Shown here in pieces: positions 1 to 8,653 of a stretch of DNA of 12,204 nucleotides (within the stretch, counting starts at the first letter, position 1; each line of letters begins with the position of its first letter). Origin of the DNA: Chlamydiota bacterium (lineage in GTDB: Bacteria; Auribacterota; Tritonobacteria; UBA1439); contig JBAXOY010000093.1 in assembly GCA_037133055.1 (NCBI GenBank), positions 1 through 12,204 on the forward strand, given 5' to 3'. The notes beneath the pieces were generated by a model. The model ran no database searches, was not told where the DNA came from, and was given only the letters and a program-made list of their open reading frames with translations. The position numbers and the translations under genes were made by a program.

Positions 1-299
1 ATGTGCGGCACGACGTTCCCGAGGCACGCGTAGTTCATCTTCCACGGCATGAACGCGCGCCCGACCGCCCGAGCCGATTCCGCGAGCTCCCTGAACAGCC
101 CGGCGCGAACCCGCTCCGGCAGTTCATGCGGCTCCCGCGCGTGACGCTTCAGGAGCAGGACGCAGTACCCCCTGTGGAACCGGTGCTCTCCGACGACAAG
201 GATCGAATGGACGAACTCGCGGATGAAGAAAGGGTCTTTCCCGCCGCGCAGGCGCGCGATCCGGTCGCAGATGGCGCAGGAAGTGCGTGGAGCGTGCAT
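1..299 (-). CDS. HIT-family (histidine triad) hydrolase, 3' end outside the window
   Basis: Manual translation from ATG at 299: MHAPRTSCAICDRIARLRGGKDPFFIREFVHSILVVGEHRFHRGYCVLLLKRHAREPHELPERVRAGLFRELAESARAVGRAFMPWKMNYACLGNVVPH(I). It has an N-terminal CxxC, GYCVLLLKRH, and the NYxxLGNxVPH lead-in to the HxHxH triad. GGAGG SD just upstream. Absent from the ORF track because no stop lies in the window. Confidence 0.9.
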   Translation of the reverse strand, partial: MHAPRTSCAICDRIARLRGGKDPFFIREFVHSILVVGEHRFHRGYCVLLLKRHAREPHELPERVRAGLFRELAESARAVGRAFMPWKMNYACLGNVVPH

Positions 300-340
300 G
301 CGACCTCCGGGTGTGCGTTCAGGCAACGGCGCCATAATGG

Positions 341-368
341 AATATACCATGCCGCGGAGAATCCGCAA
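341..368 (-). promoter_or_regulatory. Putative sigma70 promoter for the HIT gene
   Basis: Minus strand TTGCGG-16 nt-TATATT with an extended -10 TG, about 40 nt upstream of the ATG at 299. Confidence 0.45.
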
Positions 369-509
369 GCACCCCGCGAAGCGGGAGTGGAGGCGCCCCA
401 TGCCCCGGCGTTTCGAGCGCCGACACCGACGACGGATGGGCCGACTTCATGGAGGAGAAATTCAGCGGCGACCCGGTCGCCCCCGGGACAGGCTCGTCCC
501 GCCTGAACA

Positions 510-539
510 CAAAGGCCGGAACGTGTGTTCCGGCCTTTG
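510..539 (-). terminator. Intrinsic terminator hairpin downstream of the DUF5666-like gene, possibly bidirectional
   Basis: Perfect 13-bp inverted repeat CAAAGGCCGGAAC / GTTCCGGCCTTTG with a 4-nt loop. On the minus strand it ends in TTTGTGTT. Confidence 0.7.
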
Positions 540-638
540 ATAACGGGAGCGGGGGCTGCCCCCCTTCATGGGGGCGCCGGCGATTCCGCTTTGCTGCAGC
601 ACGCGCGTGACGCCCGTGCGCGCGCGGCGATCTGTTTG

Positions 639-1184
639 TTAATGATTCTCCTTGTGCTCCTTCTTCTCTTCCTTCTTCTCCTCCGCCTTCCAGACTTCGA
701 TTGAATAAATCGTGAACTCGGCGGGTCCGGTCCAGTTTCCCTCGACTTCTATCATCCGCCCGACGGGCAGTTTATCGATGGGAGTCGCCTTCCCCCCCTC
801 GTCCTCTATCTTGCAGTCTGCGGGGACCTTCACGGTGACGCCGGAGATGGTCAGCGTCCGCGCCTGCGCGTTCACTGCGTCCAGCTTCGCGTTGATCTCG
901 TAGTGCCTGAAATACTTCGCCTCGATCCTGTTCGCCGTAAACTCGCGGGAGCCGCTAAATTTCCCCTCCGCCTCGATCGACCACCCGACCTTCAGCCGCG
1001 ACAGCCGGGAGGGGAAAATCAGATCCCTGACCTTCGCATCTTTCGCGAGTATTTTGACTCCCGACATCTCGATGATCCCCGTGGCGGCGTCGATCGCGGT
1101 GATCTTCCCGTCTATCCGCTCGCCCGCATGGGCTGCCGCCGCGAGCAGCAGCGCGGAAAGACCGATGCAGAACAGCATTTTCAT
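639..1184 (-). CDS. Secreted protein with two tandem DUF5666-like (OB-fold-like) repeats, 181 aa
   Basis: Start moved to ATG 1184 (AAGGAG SD), which gives the signal peptide MKMLFCIGLSALLLAAAAHA. Two repeats follow: GKITAID..IEMSGVKI..LKVGWSIEAEG..FTANRIE and AKLDAVN..LTISGVTV..LPVGRMIEVEG..FTIYSIE. Lys/Glu-rich tail. Confidence 0.8.
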   Translation of the reverse strand: MKMLFCIGLSALLLAAAAHAGERIDGKITAIDAATGIIEMSGVKILAKDAKVRDLIFPSRLSRLKVGWSIEAEGKFSGSREFTANRIEAKYFRHYEINAKLDAVNAQARTLTISGVTVKVPADCKIEDEGGKATPIDKLPVGRMIEVEGNWTGPAEFTIYSIEVWKAEEKKEEKKEHKENH

Positions 1185-1300
1185 CGTGCACTCCTTTCCC
1201 ATTATGGACCACAGTGTCGCCCGGCGCGGATGCGCCGCGGCGATGAGGCCCCGTGTGACACTATTCGAACGGCATCGAAAAACCACCGCCGGCTGGAGCA

Positions 1301-1329
1301 ATCGTAACAAGCGGGGGGCGGGAATGCAA
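1301..1329 (-). promoter_or_regulatory. Putative sigma70 promoter for the DUF5666-like gene
   Basis: Minus strand TTGCAT-17 nt-TACGAT with an extended -10 TG. Confidence 0.5.
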
Positions 1330-1403
1330 GCGCATTGCCGCCGAGAAAGCCGAAAAGAAATAACCCGTCCCATCCGACAATGCGGCCCCCCGGGGCGGGC
1401 ACC

Positions 1404-3377
<1,974 letters not shown>

Positions 3378-3450
3378 GCGCCGTCGATGCTCCCTGTATG
3401 CGCCTTCGCTGAAACTGTGAAGTGTACCCGCACATGGAGACGGCGACGGC

Positions 3451-5568
3451 TTAGATCGGGGACGGGGCAGCGGTGGGAGTCGGGGCGGTGGTGGCGGTTG
3501 GAGAGGGCGTTGGTGGAGCGGGCGTTGGTGTCACAGACCCTACGGATAACACCCTATCCGCCATCGTGCCCATTATGTTGCATCCGGCATCCACCAGCGC
3601 GCCCTGCAACCGGTATGTCCCGGTCGCCACATTCGAAAAGCCGGCTGAGAAAACGGGGTATCCCTGCACGTCGGCAAAAAACATCATCGGCCCCCCATCC
3701 CGACCGGTCGCGTAAGGGGTTTTCCTGTCGGGAACGAGCGCGCCGCTGCCGGTCAGATAGTAATATCTGGAATCAGGCGTGAGGAACCTCACGTACGGAT
3801 AGCACGGCCGGCCCGCATAGGGTGTCCCGCCGACAGTCAGGTCAGCCGTGATGGTGATCCGATCCGTGGCGTTGAATGCCGGCTTGTTGACGATAAGGTT
3901 GAGCGGGATGGGCGTGGGCGCCGGGGTGGGCGTGGGCGTCGGGGTGGGCGCCGGCAGAAACAACGCGAGGTCGACGATGTCGTCGCCTCCCGTATAGGCG
4001 TGCAGGGGAGGGGCGTCGGCGTCTCCCAGCCATGAGGCCTTGCTGTATCCCGCCACGTGGATTTTATCCCGGCTGTCTATGGCGATATCCTGGCCGTAGT
4101 CGTCGGCCGCCGAGCCGTAGAAGGTGTGCCACTGATAGGCGCCGGCGTCGTCGAGTTTGAGCGCCATGATGTCCACGCCGCCGCTGTACTGATGCAGGGG
4201 AAGAGCGCCGGCGTCCCCCGACCAGTCGGCAAGGCTCCGGCCGGCGGCATACACGTTGGCCCCGCTGTCGAAGGCGACATCGAGTCCGTAGTCGTTGGCC
4301 GTGGCCGAGCCGTAGAAGGTGTGCCACTGGTAGGCCCCGGCGGCGTCCAGCCTCAACACCACGGCGTCGTCCTCGCCCGCATACGGGTGGATGGGGTTCA
4401 CACCGCCGTCGCCCTGCCAGGAACCGTGGCTCCGGCCGGTGATATAGACGCGGTTGCTTCCGTTCACGGCTACCCCGCGGCCCTCGTCATTTTCGGAAAC
4501 CCCGCCGTAGAAGGTGTGCCACTGATAGGCGCCGGCGCTGTCGAGCTTGAGCGCCGTGATGTCCCACCCTCCCGCGTAGGCATGTCGGGGAGATTGCCCG
4601 GTTGGCCCATTCCATGCGGCCACGCTGTATCCCGTCACGTAGACGCCGGCGCCGGTGTCCAGCGCTATGGAAAAACACTCGTCCGTGTCGCCCGAACCGT
4701 AAAAGGTGTGCCACCGGTAGGAGCCGTCCTTCTCGAGTGCCAGCACTGCGATGTCGTATTCTCCCGCTCCCACATAGGCATTCTGCGGTAGCTCCCCGCC
4801 CGGCCCATTCCAGGTGTCCCTGCTGCACATCGCCACATAGACGCCGGCGCCGGCGTCCAGAGCGATGCCGCGGCCCTCGTCGCCGCTGTCACCCGCGTAG
4901 GCGCCGGAGCCGTAGAAGGTGTGCCACTGGTAGGCCCCCCACTGATCGAGCTTGAGGACAAAGGCGTTGCTGCTCTGGTCCTGCGAGCCCGAATAGGCGT
5001 GCTTCGGGGGCTGCCCCGCCGGCCCGTTCCAGGACCCGTAGCTGAAACCGGTTACATAGACATCGGTGCTTCCGTCAATGGCGACGGCGTAGCCATAGTC
5101 GGCGCTGTTGTCGGTGCCCGACGTCCCGTAGAAGGTGTGCCACTGGTAGGCGCCGCTGCTGTTCAATTTGAGGACGACGATATCGGGCGCCGTGCCGGAA
5201 TCGGAATGATCGTGGAGAGGCGGTTGCCCCGTCGGCCCGTTCCAGGTGCTCCTGCTTCTTCCCGTAATATACACATTACCGGCGCCATCCACGGCGACGC
5301 CATAGGCCCTATCCGCGGTAATTGCCCCGTAGAAGGTGTGCCACCGGTAGGCGGAGTCCCCGACAAAAGAGTCGGTTGAGAGCGCCGAAACGCCCGCAGT
5401 CGCGAGCCGGGCGACGGCATCCATCGTGCCCGCCGAGTCCGGACCGCGTTCGGCCGCGCGCGCGACGGCGCCGAGCAGGCACCCACACACCACCATCGCG
5501 CCAATCAGCATCGGATGGGCGTTGAACTCCCCACGGATACGGCCGGCCGCTTCGTCAACGCGCGTCAT
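3451..5568 (-). CDS. Secreted SBBP-like beta-propeller repeat protein with Pro/Thr linkers and a C-terminal beta-rich domain
   Basis: Seven ~65-72 aa repeats, each with Y(Q/R)WHTFYG...D.GxGxAxDxxxxVYxxGxS...DxxxLxL. Hydrophobic N-terminal segment LIGAMVVCGCLLGAVARAA. PTPTPT linkers. ATG 5568 is preferred over GTG 5580 because GGAGG lies at 5574-5578. Confidence 0.88.
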   Translation of the reverse strand: MTRVDEAAGRIRGEFNAHPMLIGAMVVCGCLLGAVARAAERGPDSAGTMDAVARLATAGVSALSTDSFVGDSAYRWHTFYGAITADRAYGVAVDGAGNVYITGRSRSTWNGPTGQPPLHDHSDSGTAPDIVVLKLNSSGAYQWHTFYGTSGTDNSADYGYAVAIDGSTDVYVTGFSYGSWNGPAGQPPKHAYSGSQDQSSNAFVLKLDQWGAYQWHTFYGSGAYAGDSGDEGRGIALDAGAGVYVAMCSRDTWNGPGGELPQNAYVGAGEYDIAVLALEKDGSYRWHTFYGSGDTDECFSIALDTGAGVYVTGYSVAAWNGPTGQSPRHAYAGGWDITALKLDSAGAYQWHTFYGGVSENDEGRGVAVNGSNRVYITGRSHGSWQGDGGVNPIHPYAGEDDAVVLRLDAAGAYQWHTFYGSATANDYGLDVAFDSGANVYAAGRSLADWSGDAGALPLHQYSGGVDIMALKLDDAGAYQWHTFYGSAADDYGQDIAIDSRDKIHVAGYSKASWLGDADAPPLHAYTGGDDIVDLALFLPAPTPTPTPTPAPTPIPLNLIVNKPAFNATDRITITADLTVGGTPYAGRPCYPYVRFLTPDSRYYYLTGSGALVPDRKTPYATGRDGGPMMFFADVQGYPVFSAGFSNVATGTYRLQGALVDAGCNIMGTMADRVLSVGSVTPTPAPPTPSPTATTAPTPTAAPSPI
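4115..5344 (-). repeat. Intragenic coding repeat, 7 copies of the 18-mer CCGTAGAAGGTGTGCCAC (encodes WHTFYG)
   Basis: Copies start at 4115, 4310, 4505, 4697 (1 mismatch), 4910, 5126 and 5327. Spacings 195, 195, 192, 213, 216 and 201 are all multiples of 3. Confidence 0.9.
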
Positions 5569-5601
5569 GATGCCCTCCACAGGTTGTCGGCTGCACCAGC
5601 G

Positions 5602-5607
5602 ATTATA
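5602..5607 (-). promoter_or_regulatory. Possible -10 box for the propeller gene
   Basis: Perfect TATAAT on the minus strand about 33 nt upstream of ATG 5568. No convincing -35. Confidence 0.3.
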
Positions 5608-5766
5608 TCCAGATAAAAACCGCTCGCCTCAGGCCAGAGGCATCCTGTTCTCCGACAACAATGATATACGGTATACCCTCCGAGGGGAAGCGGTCATTCC
5701 AAGTAATGTGACAATCTTGGGGGGTACAACTCCTGTCCTGTCATTCCGGCCCCAGCTTTGAAGTAG

Positions 5767-6074
5767 CACGCGGATGAACGCAGATCGTCAGGATAGACAG
5801 GATCCACAAGGGGGACAAAAGCGGCGGGATACCCACATTGGACACAGATTTCACGGATGAACGCAGATCAAGAAACAGCACATGATTTTCAAAAATGAAT
5901 GGGACGCGGATTGCCGCGGATGAACGCGGATTATTAGCGCAGCGTGCCCCCATCGCGAGCCTTTAATCTTGACCCATTGTGGTATCTGCGTGCTCTGCGT
6001 TCATCTGCGTCCCAAAAGCCTTTGTATCTTTGTTCCGCATCTTATCCGCGCGCATCCGCGTCGATCCGCGTCCC
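5767..6074. repeat. Non-coding array of five clusters of ~10-bp-period ACGC(G/A)GAT units, three forward and two inverted
   Basis: Forward clusters at 5767-5803, 5840-5868 and 5901-5931. Inverted clusters at 5984-6013 and 6044-6074. 5901-5931 matches the reverse complement of 6044-6074 at 27/31 positions. Confidence 0.85.
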
Positions 6075-6129
6075 GGCGTTGAAGCGTGTAACGCTAAGAA
6101 GATACCCCCCCTAAGTGTCCCAGTGCTAT

Positions 6130-6164
6130 TCCAATGCATTGCCGGTGTCCAATGCATTGCCGGT
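6130..6164. repeat. Tandem duplication of TCCAATGCATTGCCGGT (18-bp period), each copy with palindrome CAATGCATTG
   Basis: Identical 17-mers at 6130-6146 and 6148-6164. Confidence 0.9.
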
Positions 6165-6251
6165 TGTTTTCGCGGACCGATGGTGATACTGTCTCACGGG
6201 TATCGGTCTTCACGCCGGCCGGCGTGTTCGGGGGCCGCAAGGAGGCAGGGG

Positions 6252-8003
6252 ATGAACGCACTCGGTGCAACCGTTCTGAAGCGTGTCGCGGCCGTGGCGG
6301 CCGTCCTCGGACTTGCGGCGGCAGGATGCGCCCTGATCCGTCCGGCGTCCCAGCCGGACGCGGTCTACTTCAACGGCAGGATCGTGACGATGGATGCCGC
6401 CGGCTCCACGGCCGGCGCCGTCGCCGTGAAGGACGGGAAATTTATCATGGTCGGCGGCGCCGACGAGATCAGGAAACTCGCCGGGCCCTCGACACGGATG
6501 GTCGACCTCGGCGGGAAAACGGTCGTCCCCGGTCTCATCGACGCCCACTGCCACCCGATGGAAACCATGATGATGAAGGAGACATGGGTGGATTGCCGCT
6601 ATCCGGGAACCCCGTCGGTGAAGCAGGCGCTCCAAAATATCGCCGCGTGGGCGAAGAAGACGCCGAAGGGGGAATGGATCTTCGCGGCGTGCGTCTCGGC
6701 CAGCGAGAACAAGTTCGCGGAGAAGCGCCTCCCGGACAAGGCCGAGCTGGACAAGGCGGCTCCCAATAATCCCCTCCTGCTCGCAAACGGCACCCACATG
6801 GGCATCGCGAACTCGGCGGCATTGAAAACGCTGGGCATCACGAAGGGGATGACGAAGCTTCCCCACGGCGGTTCCGTCATACTCGATAAAAACGGCGAGC
6901 CCACCGGCGTGTTGACGGACGCCCAGGCCGATGTGCCGACCACTCCCACGGTGGCCCAGTTGGAAAAATATTACACGAAGGATATCCAGGAGTTCTGGAA
7001 CCGGCACGGGTTCACGTCGTTCATGGCGATCACGCCCGCCGCCGCGCTGCCCGTCCTCCGGAAGATCGCGGGATCGAAGGCGAAGCCGACCATCCGCTAC
7101 ACCACCTCGGTGTGGACATCGGCCGACGGCAGGGACATGCCCGAAGACCTCGGCGCGTTCCGGATGCCCCCGGGCGCCGATCCGGCATGGTATCGCTTCG
7201 GGGCCATAAAGGTCTGGATCGACGGTGAAAACGACTGCCGCACCGGCTACATGTACGGGCCGTACGTCGGCCATTTCGATACCGACCCTCCGGGGGGCAG
7301 GGGGACGCTCGTGACCGATCAGCCGGCGGCCGACCGTTTTGCCCGGATCGCGCACAGGAACGGTGTGATATCCATGATGCACTGCTCGGGCGATGAAGCC
7401 ATGGACATCGGACTGACCGCCTGTGAGAATCAGGTCAAATCGGGAGCCCCGGAAACGATACTGCGTATCGAGCATTTCGGGATGTTCCAGATGAACGACG
7501 GGCAGTTGAAACGCGCCGGGGCGATGGCAAGGAAGGGCTTCAGGATATCGGTCCAGCCGACCTGGCTGCTCGATCTGGTCAAGGCGGACTACGAGAACAT
7601 GGGGCCTGAGCGGACGCGCACCGGGTTCAAGTTCCGCTCGATGATCGACGCGGGCCTCGAGCCGGCGGCGGGTTCGGACGTGACCGGCATCTATCTCGAC
7701 AACGTCAACCCGTTCCTGGCGATCTGCGCCGGCGTGACGCGCGAATCGGATGACGGCATATTCATGCCCGAAGAGGCGGTATCGGTCACCGAGGCGCTTA
7801 AGATGTGGACGGTCTGGGCCGCGAAGTCGATGGGCGAGTCGGATGTAAAGGGCTCGATCGAGCCCGGCAAGTACGCCGACATGACGGTGCTCTCGGACGA
7901 CATCTTCACGATGCCGAGGGAGGGCCTCAAAAACGTCAAGGTCCTCGAGACCGTCGTCGGCGGCGACGTCGTGTACGAGGCGAAACGGCAGTCCGAATCC
8001 TGA
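6252..8003 (+). CDS. Amidohydrolase family 3 (YtcJ-like) metallohydrolase, predicted lipoprotein, 583 aa
   Basis: Start moved to ATG 6252 (AAGGAGG SD), giving a lipobox LAAAG-C. Motifs: NGRIVTMD, AVAVKDGK, DLGGKTVVPGLIDAHCH, GEPTGVL, IKVWIDG, HCSGD, RIEH, GSD, KGSIEPGKYADMTVLSDDIF, VLETVVGGDVVY. Confidence 0.93.
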   Translation: MNALGATVLKRVAAVAAVLGLAAAGCALIRPASQPDAVYFNGRIVTMDAAGSTAGAVAVKDGKFIMVGGADEIRKLAGPSTRMVDLGGKTVVPGLIDAHCHPMETMMMKETWVDCRYPGTPSVKQALQNIAAWAKKTPKGEWIFAACVSASENKFAEKRLPDKAELDKAAPNNPLLLANGTHMGIANSAALKTLGITKGMTKLPHGGSVILDKNGEPTGVLTDAQADVPTTPTVAQLEKYYTKDIQEFWNRHGFTSFMAITPAAALPVLRKIAGSKAKPTIRYTTSVWTSADGRDMPEDLGAFRMPPGADPAWYRFGAIKVWIDGENDCRTGYMYGPYVGHFDTDPPGGRGTLVTDQPAADRFARIAHRNGVISMMHCSGDEAMDIGLTACENQVKSGAPETILRIEHFGMFQMNDGQLKRAGAMARKGFRISVQPTWLLDLVKADYENMGPERTRTGFKFRSMIDAGLEPAAGSDVTGIYLDNVNPFLAICAGVTRESDDGIFMPEEAVSVTEALKMWTVWAAKSMGESDVKGSIEPGKYADMTVLSDDIFTMPREGLKNVKVLETVVGGDVVYEAKRQSES

Positions 8004-8013
8004 CGTCTCACAA

Positions 8014-8374
8014 GGCAATCAGATCTGGCTCATCACGTGCGCCGGGTCCATGTTCGGCTCCCCGCAGGCGAGCGACACGGTCAACCTCGTGAAGTGGCTG
8101 CCGTTCGTGCGGCACTTCATCGGGAGGGAGTACTACCAGATAGAGCAGACGGGGCTCGGCACGGCGCAACATATCCAGCGGATAGAAATGCTCGCGGCGG
8201 AGGTGCGCGCAGGTGCTCCGGGAGTTCAAGGAGATGCCGTCCGGCACACGGATCCAGGTGTACGGCCGCATCAGGATGAAGAACACGCCGAAGGGCGTGC
8301 TCGTCGGGTTCATCGCCGACAACGTCGATGCGTTGGGGGGTGGGGAAAAGCCGTCTCCCCCGGCGAAGAAATGA
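8014..8374 (+). pseudogene. 5'-truncated, frameshifted remnant of an unidentified gene
   Basis: Strong GC3 bias in frame 1 (GNQIWLITCAGSMFGSPQASDTVNLVKWLPFVRHFIGREYYQIEQ...) switches to frame 2 near 8186-8207 (AQVLREFKEMPSGTRIQVYGRIRMKNTPKGVLVGFIADNVDALGGGEKPSPPAKK*, TGA 8372-8374). No convincing SD/start. Confidence 0.55.
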
Positions 8375-8653
8375 GGGGGGTAGTTCCCGTCGCACCCTCA
8401 TGGTAACTGCTCAGGAGCCGGGAGTTGGAATGCGGCCGCCGGCGGCGGGAACCCGTGGCGCCGGTGGATTGATACCGCCCGGGAGACGCCGAACGACGTC
8501 GTTCCCTGGCGCGAAGCCCCGACGGTTCCCGGGTCGACCTGCCGGGCTGAGACCCGCTCGGTCGCGGCCCGTTATGCCCCCTTGCGCTGAAGACGTCCGA
8601 AGAATCGCCCTTATTCGCCATCCATGGACCGGCTATGACAGAGCGCCATAGCC

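Noticed and set aside
1185..1373. N-terminal 63 codons of ORF 639..1373
   Set aside because: They overlap promoter-like sequence. The SD and signal peptide point to ATG 1184.
4115..5344. Regularly spaced 18-bp repeats as a CRISPR array or a DGR template/variable pair
   Set aside because: Spacing is ~200 bp and always in frame, the repeats encode WHTFYG with preferred codons, and there is no cas gene or reverse transcriptase in the window.
5672..5690. TATACCCTCCGAGGGGA as a CsoR/RcnR-type operator
   Set aside because: Only an imperfect palindrome, and no metal-resistance or regulator gene is nearby.
5767..6074. Intergenic repeat clusters as a CRISPR array
   Set aside because: Units are degenerate, internally periodic and in both orientations, with irregular spacers.
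5741..6157. Small ORFs 5741..5953 and 5963..6157, and the 91-codon N-terminal extension of ORF 5979..8003
   Set aside because: They are translations of the repeat array (e.g. TQMNAEHAD, SAFICV) without coding bias. The SD and lipobox support ATG 6252.
6210..8018. 602-aa antisense ORF
   Set aside because: Mirror frame of the amidohydrolase, expected with high GC3.
8371..8650. ATGAGGG/CCCTCAT stem and GC-rich stems as a terminator or riboswitch
   Set aside because: No U-tract and no recognisable aptamer core. The region lies between convergent 3' ends, where a riboswitch is unlikely.
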